DNA of 64,000 nt from Terriglobia bacterium (GTDB lineage: Bacteria > Acidobacteriota > Terriglobia > JAJPHL01 > JAPKYU01). Under the pieces are notes generated by a model. The model ran no database searches. It saw only the letters and a program-made list of their open reading frames with translations, and had not been told where the DNA came from. The stretch lies in assembly GCA_965206645.1 (NCBI GenBank), contig CBDBKE010000003.1, positions 416,001-480,000 of the forward strand, in the 5' to 3' direction. This document shows, one piece after another, positions 38,577 to 49,192 of this stretch. Position 1 is the stretch's first letter; each line of letters opens with the position of its first letter. The translations under genes were made by a program, and so were the position numbers.

Positions 38577-40220
38577 GTGAGAAAGCTGCTGTTGGTTGCG
38601 GGTATTGTGGTCGCACTGGTGGTGGTGGCGGCGTTCATTCTGCCCTATTTCCTGTTTGACGCCGAGACCCAGCGCGGCATCATTGCCTCCCGCCTGGAAA
38701 CTGCGCTCGGCCGCAAGGTGACGCTGGGGAAAGTGCGGCTGGGTCTGCTCCCGCCCGCGTTGCACCTCTACGACCCCGAGATTGCCGAACGTCTCGGCTT
38801 CCCCGGCACGGCCTTTTCCACCGCCGAGGGCATGCGGGCGCGCGTGCGCCTGTTCCCCCTGCTGCGCGGCCGCCTGGAAGTGCCGTCCGTCGAGTTGGAC
38901 GAACCGACAGTGCACCTGGTGAAAAACAGGCGAGGTGAATGGAACTTCGCCACCCTGGGCCAGCCCGGGGGCCAGCCCGGGGGCCAGACCGAGGGTCAGC
39001 GCAAGGGAAAGAAGAAGCCCTCAGACGCCGCCTCATCGCCGCCGCTCGAGATCGATGAACTCCGGATTCGCAACGGCACGCTCACCGTAACCGACCTACA
39101 AAAGCGCCAACCCAAAGTCACCTTCGACCGCATTTTTGTCACGCTGACGAACTTCTCGCCCGAGCGGCCTTTTGACTGGGAGGTTTCCGTCCGCCCGCCC
39201 GGCCACAAGAAAGCCACCATCGAGACGGAGGGGCGCGGCGGGCCTGTAGACCGCGACAATCTGGCAGCCTCGCCAGCGAAGGGCGTGGTGGAGTTCAAAA
39301 ATGTGGAGCTGGCGGGGCTGGCTCCGTTCACCGGCCAGCCGGGCCTATCCGGCTTGTTCGGCGGCCAGGCCAACTTCTCCAGTGACGGCAAGGCGGCGCA
39401 GGTCGAAGGCAAGTACCGCATCGCGCGCCTGCGGCTCAGCCCCAAGGCTGGCGTGGCGCAGGCGCCTGTCTCCGGGCGTTTCCAGTTGCAGTACGACAGC
39501 AAGCGGAACCGATTGCGCGTGCAGCAGTTCCAAATGGGCACCGGCAAGGCGGTGGCTCACACCACCGGCCAGGTGCGGCTGGGAAGACGCGCAACGGCGA
39601 ATCTGAAAACCAGTCTGTCCAACGCGCCTCTGGCGGACCTTGCCCGGCTGCTGCCTGCGCTGGGAGTGAAGTTGCCCCCTGGCAGTTCATTGACCGGCGG
39701 CACGCTCACCGGCGAGATGAAGGTGCGCGGCCCCCTGCAAAGCCCCTCCCGAAGCGGCCATGTGGAAGTCACCAATGCGCGGCTGGCCAACTACAACGTC
39801 GCCGGGAAAATGGGAGGCGTCATCCGCCTGGCCGGCGTGGATACCGGCGGGAAAGACACCGTCATCGAGCAGTTCAAGACCAAGTTTGCCAGCAAGAAGG
39901 GCTACACCAAACTCACCGACCTGCTGCTGGTGATTCCCGGCCTGAAGATCGCCGGCAACGGCGGCTTCGCCGACGACGGCCCGCTCGACTTCCGGGGCAC
40001 GGCGACACTGACGCGCGCCGAGGGAGCCGCCGTGGCCGGGCTGCTTCAGGCGGTCACCGGCACCTCCGGCACCATCCCCTTCCGCGTCACCGGCACCCTG
40101 GAGAACCCTGTCTTCCAGCCCGACGTGGGCGGCCTGGTAAAGCAGCGCGCCGCCGAGCAACAGCCCGCCGACGCGGAGCAGTTCCTCAAAGGCCTCAGCT
40201 CCCTCTTCCAGAAGCAGTAG
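38577..40220 (+). CDS. AsmA-family protein
   Basis: N-terminal TM anchor, LETALGRKV, RGEWNFATL and IPFRVTGTLENP. Confidence 0.82.
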   Translation: MRKLLLVAGIVVALVVVAAFILPYFLFDAETQRGIIASRLETALGRKVTLGKVRLGLLPPALHLYDPEIAERLGFPGTAFSTAEGMRARVRLFPLLRGRLEVPSVELDEPTVHLVKNRRGEWNFATLGQPGGQPGGQTEGQRKGKKKPSDAASSPPLEIDELRIRNGTLTVTDLQKRQPKVTFDRIFVTLTNFSPERPFDWEVSVRPPGHKKATIETEGRGGPVDRDNLAASPAKGVVEFKNVELAGLAPFTGQPGLSGLFGGQANFSSDGKAAQVEGKYRIARLRLSPKAGVAQAPVSGRFQLQYDSKRNRLRVQQFQMGTGKAVAHTTGQVRLGRRATANLKTSLSNAPLADLARLLPALGVKLPPGSSLTGGTLTGEMKVRGPLQSPSRSGHVEVTNARLANYNVAGKMGGVIRLAGVDTGGKDTVIEQFKTKFASKKGYTKLTDLLLVIPGLKIAGNGGFADDGPLDFRGTATLTRAEGAAVAGLLQAVTGTSGTIPFRVTGTLENPVFQPDVGGLVKQRAAEQQPADAEQFLKGLSSLFQKQ

Positions 40221-40261
40221 CGCTCAATTTCCGACTCGCCGACGAGCATTCTTGAATGGGC

Positions 40262-41683
40262 TTATTTCCCGATACAGAAGGTGGAGAAGATTTGGTTGAG
40301 GATGTCTTCGATGGTGGTTTGGCCGGTGATGGCGTCCAGGGGGCGAAGGGCGTTGTAAAGGTCTAGCAGCAGCATTTCGTGTGGGATGTTTTGCTCGACC
40401 GCCCCGCGTGCCGCGCCCAAAGCTTCCAGCGAATCGCGGAGCAGACGCTCGTGGCGGATATTGGTGAGGAAGCCGGTTTCGCGGGAGCCATCGAGACCAG
40501 GCAGCGCGCCCTCGACAATGGCGCGGCGCAGTTCCGGGACGCCCTGGCCGGTGAGCGCCGAGACCAGCCAGGGGCCGGCCGGTTGGGAAGCTCCGTCATC
40601 GCCGGGCTTCAGTTCCCGCTTGCCCAGATCTAACTCAACCGGCGGCGGCCGCAGGTCCACCTTGTTCCAAACCACCAATGCGGTGCCGGCGGCCCGGCTC
40701 CGCTCCAGCAGCTCACGGTCTTCGGCCGGCAGGCCAGCGCTTGAGTCCAGCACCACCAGCGCCAGGTCCGAGTCGGCCAGCGCCTCATAGGACTTGCGCA
40801 CCCCGATGGACTCAGCTTCATCCCGAGAGTGGCGAATGCCAGCCGTATCCACCAGCTTCACCGGGATACCTTCCAGATTAACCACCTCGGTCACCAAATC
40901 GCGCGTGGTACCGGGCACGGCAGTGACAATGGCCCGGTCGTGCTCAACCAGGCGGTTAAACAGGCTGGACTTGCCGACGTTCGGGCGGCCAAGAATGGCC
41001 AGCGTCAGCCCCTCCTGCACGACACGCCCGAAGCGGAAGGTTTCCGCGTAGGCTTCCAGGCCCGCGTGGACGCGCCGGATGCGCTCCAGAATTTCTGGCG
41101 AAGGCAAAACGGAGACATCGTCCTCAGCAAAATCAATCCCCGCCTCGAGCAGCGCAATCAGGCCCACCAGTTCCTTCTTGACGGGGGCCAGGCGGCGGGC
41201 GACCGCACCGCCCATCTGCTGGGCAGCGACGCGGGCCTGGTAGAGGGTCTGAGCCTCGATCAGATCGCGCACCGCCTCGGCCTGGGCCAGGTCCAGGCGG
41301 CCGTTGAGGAAGGCGCGCATGGTGAACTCGCCCGGCTCGGCCAGCCGCGCGCCCTGTGCGGTAGCGCGCTCCAGCAGGAAGCGCAGCAGGACCGGGGCAC
41401 CGTGGCAGTTCACCTCAACGACATCCTCGGCGGTATAGGAATGGGGCTTGCGAAAATAGGTAACCACCACCTGGTCAACTGCCTCGCCCGGCATCCCGCC
41501 CTCGGGCCCCAGCAGCTCACCCAAGGTGGCGTGACGCGGCTGCGGCTCCGCTTGCGTTTCCCCTTTGAGACGCACCAACTGGCAGACGATCGGCAGCGCC
41601 TCGGGGCCCGAAAAGCGCACCACTCCGATGCCGCCACGCCCGGGCGGAGTGGAAATGGCCACGATGGTGTCATCGGTGTGCAT
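40262..41683 (-). CDS. mnmE: tRNA modification GTPase MnmE
   Basis: [22 protein letters not shown] and terminal FCIGK. Confidence 0.97.
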   Translation of the reverse strand: MHTDDTIVAISTPPGRGGIGVVRFSGPEALPIVCQLVRLKGETQAEPQPRHATLGELLGPEGGMPGEAVDQVVVTYFRKPHSYTAEDVVEVNCHGAPVLLRFLLERATAQGARLAEPGEFTMRAFLNGRLDLAQAEAVRDLIEAQTLYQARVAAQQMGGAVARRLAPVKKELVGLIALLEAGIDFAEDDVSVLPSPEILERIRRVHAGLEAYAETFRFGRVVQEGLTLAILGRPNVGKSSLFNRLVEHDRAIVTAVPGTTRDLVTEVVNLEGIPVKLVDTAGIRHSRDEAESIGVRKSYEALADSDLALVVLDSSAGLPAEDRELLERSRAAGTALVVWNKVDLRPPPVELDLGKRELKPGDDGASQPAGPWLVSALTGQGVPELRRAIVEGALPGLDGSRETGFLTNIRHERLLRDSLEALGAARGAVEQNIPHEMLLLDLYNALRPLDAITGQTTIEDILNQIFSTFCIGK

Positions 41684-41743
41684 GCAATCCAGGCAGGCCA
41701 GGAAGCCTGTCGCTCAGATAGGAGCTAGGCGGAATAGCACCGG

Positions 41744-42289
41744 TCAGCGCGAGGGGCGCCGGCCCCCGAGCGGCTGCCGTGCCGGCGAGGGCTCTGCGGA
41801 GTGAATCACCACGTGGCGGTGGGGTCCCACGCCCTCGCTTTGGGTGCGTACCTCAGCTTCCTCTCGAAGTGCCATGTGGATCACCCGGCGCTCGCGGGAG
41901 CTCATGGGGTTGAACGTGTGAGTCACTCCGGTGCGGCGCACGCGGTCGGCGGCCGCCTGAGCAGCCAGTTGCAGCTCGTCCATGCGCATCATGCGGTACT
42001 CATTGCAGTCGAACAAGATGCGCTCGCGGTACCCGGGAGGCACGCCGATCGCCTCGAAGACCACGTGCTCCAACGCCTGCAGCAGCTCGCCCTTGTTCTC
42101 TATGAGCAGACCGGTGTCCTGGCCCTCGAAACTCACCACCAAGTCCGGGTTTTCAAACGGACGGTTGTACCAGCCCGTTGTGCGCTGCACCTGGAAGGTC
42201 AACTCGAGCCCCATTCGTTGCACAATGGCGGCCAGCAGCGGCTGGACTCGATCCGCGATCTGCTCTGGCTGGAACTGGAACTCGCTCAC
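41744..42289 (-). CDS. jag: Jag/KhpB RNA-binding protein (KH + R3H)
   Basis: GELLQALE and PMSSRERRVIH...TQSEG; located between yidC and mnmE. Confidence 0.88.
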   Translation of the reverse strand: MSEFQFQPEQIADRVQPLLAAIVQRMGLELTFQVQRTTGWYNRPFENPDLVVSFEGQDTGLLIENKGELLQALEHVVFEAIGVPPGYRERILFDCNEYRMMRMDELQLAAQAAADRVRRTGVTHTFNPMSSRERRVIHMALREEAEVRTQSEGVGPHRHVVIHSAEPSPARQPLGGRRPSR

Positions 42290-42297
42290 GGCTGTTT

Positions 42298-44076
42298 CTA
42301 CTTGGCTTTGACAGTTCGTGTCGCCGCCGGTTTGCGCCCGACCTCCGCCTGCAGCCCTGTCCGGTTGATGAACCACTGCTGTCCTATGCCGACCACATTG
42401 CCCACCAGCCAGTAGAGCACCAGACCGCTGGAGAAGCTAAGAAACATCACGCCGAAGAACAGCGGCATCAGGGTGAACATCTTCCGTTGCATCGGGTCGG
42501 TGGTCGTCATCGGCGTCATCTTCTGCAAGGCAAACATGGTCGCTGTCATCACGATCGGTAGCACGTAAGTGGGGTCCTTGGCCGAAAGGTCCGGGATCCA
42601 GAGCCAGTGGGCATGACGCATCTCGATGGAGACGATCAGGACGTTATAGAAGCCTAAGAAGAAGGGAAGCTGGAGCAGCATCGGGAAGCAGCCACCGATG
42701 GGGTTGACCCCATGCTTCCGGTACAGATCCATGACTTCCTTGTTCATTTCCTGCTTCTTGGGATCGTTGAACTTCAACTTCTTGTATTTCTCCTGGACGG
42801 CCTTCACCTGCGGAGCGATCTTTTGCATCTTCAGCGCCGACTTCATGCTTTTCAGCTTGAGCGGAAACAGCACGAAGTTGATCACGATCGTGAGCAGGAC
42901 GATGGCCCAGCCATAATTGGTAACTACATGGCTGTAAATCCACTTCAGGGCCAGCAACATCGGCTTGGCAATAAAAGCGAACCAGCCGTAATCCACCAGT
43001 TCCACCAGGGTTATAACCGGCTCGCCGCGGCTTTGCCTCTGCTGGGCGCCCGGTTCGGGAAAAACTTCCTGCAGCACCTCCACGGCCTTGGGCCCCACGA
43101 ACGCGCGCATCTTGTTCTGGGCCGAGCCGCCGACGCTGACCCCGAGCAGCCCCGTGGCGGCCTCTACCCCTTCCGGCTGGTACTCGGAGCGGAAGGTTCG
43201 CAGACGAGTGATCGTGGCACCCTCGTTCCCTTCCGACGACGGCATGAACACCGCCGCGAAAAACCGGTCTTCAATCCCGGCGTAGAGCCAAGGCCCGCCG
43301 CTGGACTTGCTTTCCGGATCCTTGATTTCCGCGTAGGGCTGTCGCTGCACCTCGCTGGGCAGCGCGCTGATCACTCCGGTACTTAGATGGCTGTCCGGCA
43401 CGGTACGGTCGCCAAAGCTGCCGCGCCAGGCCAGCTCGTGTTCCACCGGGTTTCCATTTTGATGGACCTGCGAAGTCACCTCCACCACGTAGCTGTTGCG
43501 CCGGAAGCGGAACTGCTTGCGGGCAGAAACGACGCCATCGCTGTACTCGAAGGTGACCGTGACGGGCGGGCGTCTGCCACTCGCCTTTACCTCAAACAGC
43601 CCGTCATTCAGCTGCTGGCGCAGCTCTTCCTGCTCTTGCTCTGTCCAGACGATGAAGGGATAACCCAACGCGTCCGCGGCCGGCTGGTTCACGAGTTCCA
43701 GCGAACGCCCCTTGCCGTCCTGGTAGTGCTTTAGCTTCCAGCTCTTGACTACGCCGCCGCGGTTGGAGAGTTCGACTCGGTACAGGTCGTCCTCCACGAC
43801 GAATTTCTTCTCCTCCGAAGCCTGCCTCGGGGGACCAACCGGGGCGGCGGCCGGCGGCGCCCCCGGTTCAGAAGCCAGTTCAGAAGTTGGCGCCGCCTGT
43901 TCAGCAGCTCCAGCAGCCGGTTCAGAACGAGGAGCCGCGCGCTCGGCTGGAGCTGGCGTCGGCGGCCGTGTCGGCGGCGGATTCCGCGGGGCTAACAACA
44001 GCAACACCACTGCAGAGAGCGCGAACGCCAGCAATACGCGCAACTGCAACGACGAGTCGCCGTTCGAACTTGGCAT
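42298..44076 (-). CDS. yidC: Membrane protein insertase YidC
   Basis: VDYGW, NYGWAIVLLTI, NPIGGCFPMLLQLP and GLVLYW. Confidence 0.96.
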   Translation of the reverse strand: MPSSNGDSSLQLRVLLAFALSAVVLLLLAPRNPPPTRPPTPAPAERAAPRSEPAAGAAEQAAPTSELASEPGAPPAAAPVGPPRQASEEKKFVVEDDLYRVELSNRGGVVKSWKLKHYQDGKGRSLELVNQPAADALGYPFIVWTEQEQEELRQQLNDGLFEVKASGRRPPVTVTFEYSDGVVSARKQFRFRRNSYVVEVTSQVHQNGNPVEHELAWRGSFGDRTVPDSHLSTGVISALPSEVQRQPYAEIKDPESKSSGGPWLYAGIEDRFFAAVFMPSSEGNEGATITRLRTFRSEYQPEGVEAATGLLGVSVGGSAQNKMRAFVGPKAVEVLQEVFPEPGAQQRQSRGEPVITLVELVDYGWFAFIAKPMLLALKWIYSHVVTNYGWAIVLLTIVINFVLFPLKLKSMKSALKMQKIAPQVKAVQEKYKKLKFNDPKKQEMNKEVMDLYRKHGVNPIGGCFPMLLQLPFFLGFYNVLIVSIEMRHAHWLWIPDLSAKDPTYVLPIVMTATMFALQKMTPMTTTDPMQRKMFTLMPLFFGVMFLSFSSGLVLYWLVGNVVGIGQQWFINRTGLQAEVGRKPAATRTVKAK

Positions 44077-44143
44077 CAGATTCCTATCCGTATCTTCCTA
44101 TCCACAGCAGGCTATCCACAGCCGGGGCTTACCGCCCAGGAGC

Positions 44144-44356
44144 CTATTCGACCGGGTCATAGCCACCGGGATGAAACGGGCGGCATCGCCACAGCCGCCG
44201 GGCTGACATCCAACTGCCCCTCGCGGTGCCGTGGCGGCCAACGGCCTGGATGGCGTATTCCGAGCAGGTCGGGTAGAACTTGCACGCAGAAGGCAACACC
44301 GGCGAAATCACGCTTTTGTAAAAATGCAGCAGAGCCAGCAGCAGCGCCCGACCCAT
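44144..44356 (-). CDS. yidD: Membrane protein insertion efficiency factor YidD
   Basis: [10 protein letters not shown] and [13 protein letters not shown]. Confidence 0.95.
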   Translation of the reverse strand: MGRALLLALLHFYKSVISPVLPSACKFYPTCSEYAIQAVGRHGTARGSWMSARRLWRCRPFHPGGYDPVE

Positions 44357-44739
44357 TAGGGCTTGCCTCCCCTGCCCAACACGGACTCGAATAGGCGCGA
44401 CACTTCCTTCTCCAGCCGGGAAAACTCCACGTCAAAAACGCTTCGGCGGGGATGGAAAACGACGTTCCATCCCGGACCAATCTTCCGCAGGTGCAGGCGG
44501 ACTGCCTCCCGCATCCGGCGCTTGATCCGATTGCGCCGTACTGCTCTGCCCAGCCCGCGTCCGACGGTGAAGCCTACCTTGCTGGTAGCCGACCCGGTTT
44601 GAAGCAGGAACGCTGAGAAGAGTGGAAAACTATACCTGCGGCCTGCCGAATATATCTGATCAAACTCGCTGCGTTTTCGCAACCGCGCTGTGCGCGGCCA
44701 CCTTCGAGGGCTTCCCACGCTGCCAGCAGGCGGTACCAT
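44356..44739 (-). CDS. rnpA: Ribonuclease P protein component
   Basis: [13 protein letters not shown] and [13 protein letters not shown]; start codon uncertain. Confidence 0.92.
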   Translation of the reverse strand: MVPPAGSVGSPRRWPRTARLRKRSEFDQIYSAGRRYSFPLFSAFLLQTGSATSKVGFTVGRGLGRAVRRNRIKRRMREAVRLHLRKIGPGWNVVFHPRRSVFDVEFSRLEKEVSRLFESVLGRGGKP

Positions 44740-44752
44740 CACCTCTGGGGGA

Positions 44753-44890
44753 TCAGACGGCGAGCCGGCTGCGGCCTTTCCTCCGTCTTGCGGCCAGGGT
44801 TCTACGGCCACCTTTGGTCTTCATCCGCGACCGGAATCCGTGCGTCTTGGCGCGCCGACGCGTGTTGGGCTGGAAGGTTCGTTTGGGCAT
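44753..44890 (-). CDS. rpmH: 50S ribosomal protein L34
   Basis: Translated by hand: [45 protein letters not shown]. Confidence 0.96.
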   Translation of the reverse strand: MPKRTFQPNTRRRAKTHGFRSRMKTKGGRRTLAARRRKGRSRLAV

Positions 44891-45097
44891 GAACGTTTAG
44901 ACTCCTGAGATGGAAAGCACCACCCGCCGCAAAAGAACAATTGTAAGAACGGATGTCGAAAAGGTCAAGGACGACGACCCCGAGTTTACTGCTAAGCGAC
45001 AAGAAACAAAGCAGATTTTGAGTTTGGTTCAAGCCTACTCGTTATGTTATGTTCGACCGCCTCTCAATCTACTTCACCGAAGGCGGCAGAAAACGCC

Positions 45098-46465
45098 ATG
45101 GCCAGTGTCCCATCGCCCGGCTCTACCGGCTTGCCCTTGAGCGCAGCCAACGATGCCTGGCAGCAGGTCCTTCGACTGGTGAAGGAGACGGTGGACCCGC
45201 AGAACTTCGCAACCTGGTTGCAGCCTGCCCGAGCTAGCCTGATTCGGGACGCCACGCTCTACGTCCGGGTCCCCAACCACACCTTCAAGGACTGGATTGA
45301 AGCCCACTACCGCAACTGCATCGAGGAAGCAATCCGGGCGCTAGGCCTGCCTGTCCGCCGAGTGGAGTTTGCACCCGAGAGCGCGCGGGAGGAGCAGTGG
45401 ACGGCACCACCGCGCCGTCCCGCCGCAACCACAGAAGACAGATGGTTCTCCTCTGCGCTAAACCCCAGGTACAGCTTTTCCGCGTTCGTGGTGGGCGCCT
45501 CAAACCAGTTCGCACACGCTGCCGCCTCGCGTGTCGCTCACGACCCCGGCTGCTCCTACAATCCGCTCTTCCTGTACGGCGGTGTGGGACTGGGCAAGAC
45601 CCACTTAATGCATGCCATCGGGCACGAACTGCGCCAGCGTTTTCCACATTGGCGGGTGGTGTACGTTTCAGCAGAGCGGTTTACCAACGAGATGGTGCAG
45701 TCGCTGAAGAACGACCGGATGGTCACCTTCCACGAGCGCTTCCGGCACATTGACACGCTGCTGGTGGATGACGTGCAGTTCCTTAGCGGAAAAGAGGGAA
45801 CTCAGGAGGAGTTCTTCCACACCTTCAACACGCTTTACGAGCGCCAGAAACAGATCGTGCTCTCCAGCGACCGGCCTCCGAAGGAGATCCCGCGGGTTGA
45901 GGAGCGGCTGCGTTCCCGCTTTGGGTGCGGGCTGATCGCCGACATCCAGCCCCCCGACCTGGAGACACGGCTGGCCATCCTCATGAAGAAAGCGGAAGCA
46001 GAGGCGTTCTTGCTACCAGAAAAGGTCGCTCTGTTTGTCGCCATGCACGTGAAGTCTAACATCCGGGAGCTAGAGGGTTCGCTCATCCGTCTGATGGCCT
46101 ATGCTTCCCTCACCGGGGAGGACATCACCGAGTCAATGGCTCAGCAAATTCTAAAGGACCTGGTGGAAACTCAAGGCAAGCAAGTAACGATCGAGTTGAT
46201 TCAAAGGAGCGTGTGTGAGCACTACAATCTCCGCCTGAATGAGTTGAAGGCCAAGGACAACTCCCAGCGCGTTGTAGTCCCTCGTCAGGTTGCCATGTGG
46301 ATGGCTCGCCGACTAACACAGGCATCGCTGCCGGAAATAGCTAGAGCCTTTGGTGACAGGCACCACACAACGGTGCTGCACTCTATCGCCAAGATTTCGA
46401 AACACCGCCTGGTTGACAAAGATTTGAACAAGACATTGAATCGGCTCTTGGCCTGTTTTCAATAA
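45098..46465 (+). CDS. dnaA: Chromosomal replication initiator DnaA
   Basis: YNPLFLYGGVGLGKTHL, DDVQF, TQEEFFHTFN, RELEG and RHHTTVLH. Confidence 0.98.
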   Translation: MASVPSPGSTGLPLSAANDAWQQVLRLVKETVDPQNFATWLQPARASLIRDATLYVRVPNHTFKDWIEAHYRNCIEEAIRALGLPVRRVEFAPESAREEQWTAPPRRPAATTEDRWFSSALNPRYSFSAFVVGASNQFAHAAASRVAHDPGCSYNPLFLYGGVGLGKTHLMHAIGHELRQRFPHWRVVYVSAERFTNEMVQSLKNDRMVTFHERFRHIDTLLVDDVQFLSGKEGTQEEFFHTFNTLYERQKQIVLSSDRPPKEIPRVEERLRSRFGCGLIADIQPPDLETRLAILMKKAEAEAFLLPEKVALFVAMHVKSNIRELEGSLIRLMAYASLTGEDITESMAQQILKDLVETQGKQVTIELIQRSVCEHYNLRLNELKAKDNSQRVVVPRQVAMWMARRLTQASLPEIARAFGDRHHTTVLHSIAKISKHRLVDKDLNKTLNRLLACFQ

Positions 46466-46738
46466 GTTAGCTTAGTACATAAAATGTGCTTGTGTATAAC
46501 TTATGAACACTTGTGCGGCTTGGCCTATAGGCACATCATAGACAAGACCTTCCGCAGGATATCCACAGGCTACGTTGCCAGCAAGCCTTTACCAAACAGG
46601 AAGATGTCTTGGTTTCCACAATTTTGGCTACACTACTACTACTATTGATTTATATAAGTAGTTATAGATAGTAATAACAGTAGACTTCAAGCTGAGGGTG
46701 GCGGGACGCTCTCCAAGCGGGATAGGGAGGTGAGCTAA
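46466..46738. other. Replication origin oriC
   Basis: dnaA-dnaN gap with DnaA boxes TGTGTATAA (46491), TTATGAACA (46501), ATATCCACA (46559) and GTTTCCACA (46612). TAC trio-like repeats and an AT-rich tract at 46630-46680. Confidence 0.85.
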
Positions 46739-47848
46739 ATGGAGTTCACGGTCAGCAAATCAGACCTCGTAAAAGAACTGAGTTTGGCCCAGGGTGTTGT
46801 CGAAAAAAAGACCACAATCCCAATCCTATCGAACATGCTAATCGAGGCAAGTGGGGAAGCCATTGAACTGACGGCGACAGACCTGGAGATCGGCCTGCGC
46901 AGTTCTTGCCCAGCCAAGGTGGCCACACCTGGTTCAGTGACAGTGCCGGCTAAGAAGCTGCTGGACTACGTCCGGTTGCTGGATGAGGGGACAGTAGCAA
47001 TGCGGCTGCTGGAGAATTTCTGGGTCCAGATCAAGGCCAAGCATTCGGTGACACGCATGGTAGGGATGTCACGAGAAAACTTCCCAGCGCTACCTCCTTT
47101 GCCCAGTGCCCTGACTAGCATTCCGGCTGGCACGTTACTAGACCTAATTGGCAAGACTATCTTTGCGATCTCTAGCGAGGAGTCCCGCTACACGCTGAAC
47201 GGAGCCCTGCTGCTAATTGGGGCCGATTCGCTGTGCATGATCGCGACGGATGGCCACCGCTTGGCGCACATCGAAAACTCTTACTCTTCAGGGGTGTCCG
47301 CCGAGGCGCGTGCGCTGGTGCCGAAAAAAGCCCTGGGGGAGATTCAGCGCTTAGTGGGCGAGGTAGCGCCAGACACACAAGTGGAATTTGGCCGAGATGA
47401 GAGCCATCTGTTCTTCCGCGTCGGGAGCCGGCTGTTAATCTCGCGGATGCTCACCGGGCAGTTTCCCAATTACGAGGCCGTCCTGCCGAAGGAGAACAAC
47501 CGGGCGGTAGTGTTGGACCGCGAGCAGGTAACGGCTGCCCTGCGGCGCGTTTCCCAGTTTGCCGACGAGCGTTCCCACGCTGTCCGCATGCAACTCGGGC
47601 CCAATGAAGTGAAGCTCTCCTCCTCGAGTTCGGAGTCCGGGGAGTCCGAGGAGACACTGGAAACGGAGTACTCAGCTGAGCCTCTGCAGATCGGCTTCAA
47701 CTCCCAATACCTGCTGGACTTTCTGGCGGCTGCGAACAGCGGCCCGGTGTGCTTTGAGTTCAAGGACGAGCAGTCGGCGGGCCAGTTGCGCCCGGCGGGC
47801 GAGGACGGCGGGCGCTACCGCTACGTCGTCATGCCCATGCGCATTTGA
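46739..47848 (+). CDS. dnaN: DNA polymerase III beta clamp
   Basis: KTTIPILSN, ATDLE, ATDGHRL, FPNY and YVVMPMRI. Confidence 0.97.
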   Translation: MEFTVSKSDLVKELSLAQGVVEKKTTIPILSNMLIEASGEAIELTATDLEIGLRSSCPAKVATPGSVTVPAKKLLDYVRLLDEGTVAMRLLENFWVQIKAKHSVTRMVGMSRENFPALPPLPSALTSIPAGTLLDLIGKTIFAISSEESRYTLNGALLLIGADSLCMIATDGHRLAHIENSYSSGVSAEARALVPKKALGEIQRLVGEVAPDTQVEFGRDESHLFFRVGSRLLISRMLTGQFPNYEAVLPKENNRAVVLDREQVTAALRRVSQFADERSHAVRMQLGPNEVKLSSSSSESGESEETLETEYSAEPLQIGFNSQYLLDFLAAANSGPVCFEFKDEQSAGQLRPAGEDGGRYRYVVMPMRI

Positions 47849-47887
47849 TCTGGCGCGCGGAAGCCAGCGGGGCGGCGGTTTAGCAGC

Positions 47888-48199
47888 CTAGTCCAGGTCA
47901 ATGTCGCGCGGCGGGGGAGGGGCAGGCGGCTCCTCCTTGGCTTTCTCCAGGGCTTCCTCAAACTTCCGCTCCAGCAGCTTGCCGCGATCGCGCTCGGCTT
48001 TGAAGGATTTTTGGAACTGCTCCTCGCGGCGGCTTTCCTTTTCCTGCAGGGTGCGTGCCGCCTGGGCCAGGTCGGAGACCTGTCGAGCCTTGGGAGGTGG
48101 CTCGTGGGAAACGACTGCGCGGACTTCCGGGTTAACCCGAAGGCGTGCGCCGCAGCAGGGGCAGGTAATGTCGAACGTTCTCAGCTTAGCGGCCCTCAG
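47888..48199 (-). CDS. Small hypothetical protein with CPCC zinc-ribbon-like motif and coiled coil (absent from the ORF track)
   Basis: TFDITCPCCGARLRVNPEVRAVVSHE...KLLERKFEEALEKAKEEPPAPPPRDIDLD*. Only CTG starts are available, one after AGGGGG. Confidence 0.7.
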   Translation of the reverse strand: MRAAKLRTFDITCPCCGARLRVNPEVRAVVSHEPPPKARQVSDLAQAARTLQEKESRREEQFQKSFKAERDRGKLLERKFEEALEKAKEEPPAPPPPRDIDLD

Positions 48200-48223
48200 C
48201 TTAACCCCCTTAGCTTAACCCCC

Positions 48224-49192
48224 TCAACTTAACCAAGGCTGTTCCCCGGTAGCCCCGGTAGCGGTTGCTCCTGGTCCGCGGGCAGGAGTCGAGCAGGCTG
48301 CCTTCAGTGCCAGCACGGTGTTGCTGTGAATTAGCACGGTGTCGGTCACTTGGCGGGCGTAACCTCCGGCTAGAGTGGCCATGACGGGTAGTCCTCTGCG
48401 CCGCGAGGTCGCTAACACCAGTTCATCCCTCCGCTGGAGCCCCCGCACGGTTAATCCCAGCCCGCCGAGTTGGTCCTCCTCATACGGGTCAGCGCCGGCC
48501 AGGTAGCAGACCAGCTCCGGTGTGAGCGATGCCAGTGCCTGCTCCAGCCCACCCCGCAGCAGCGCCAGGTACTCTTCGTCGCCGATGCCGTCTGGCAAGT
48601 TAATATCGAGGGTGCTGGGGGGCTTGGGCGTCGGATAGTTGTTTTCCTGATGCATGGAGAAGGTGAAGACGTCGGTGTCGCCGGCAAAGATGGCGGCCGT
48701 GCCATTGCCTTGATGGACATCGCAGTCCACGATCAACGCCCGCTCAAGCCGCCCGTCTTTTTGCAGGCGGCGCACGGCAATGGCGACGTCGTTGATGGCG
48801 CAGAAGCCCTCCCCATGGTCCGCGAAGGCGTGGTGGAAGCCGCCGCACAGGTTCATGGCCGCGCCCTGCTCCAACGCCTGACGGCAAGCCAGAATCGAGC
48901 CGCCGGCTGAGCGCCAGAAAGCTCGCACTAACTGCTCGGAATAGGGCACTTCCAGGCGCAGAAGTTCCGCGTAGCTGAGCGTGCCGTTGCGCAGCTTCCT
49001 CACCCAGTCCTCGGTGTGGACCAGCAGTACGTCCTCGTCGTCAGCCTCCGGCGGCGCCAGGAAATCTCTGGGCTCTGCCAGACCCTCGGCTAGCAGGCGC
49101 TCGTAGATGAGGCGATACTTTTGGGCCGGGAAGACATGCGCGCCCAAGTTGAGCTGGTAGGCTTCGGAATAGACAATCGGGAACGGCAGCAT
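48224..49192 (-). CDS. Histone deacetylase family protein
   Basis: GGFHHA, GFC, DCDVHQGNGT, GADP..ED and AGGY. Confidence 0.93.
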   Translation of the reverse strand: MLPFPIVYSEAYQLNLGAHVFPAQKYRLIYERLLAEGLAEPRDFLAPPEADDEDVLLVHTEDWVRKLRNGTLSYAELLRLEVPYSEQLVRAFWRSAGGSILACRQALEQGAAMNLCGGFHHAFADHGEGFCAINDVAIAVRRLQKDGRLERALIVDCDVHQGNGTAAIFAGDTDVFTFSMHQENNYPTPKPPSTLDINLPDGIGDEEYLALLRGGLEQALASLTPELVCYLAGADPYEEDQLGGLGLTVRGLQRRDELVLATSRRRGLPVMATLAGGYARQVTDTVLIHSNTVLALKAACSTPARGPGATATGATGEQPWLS

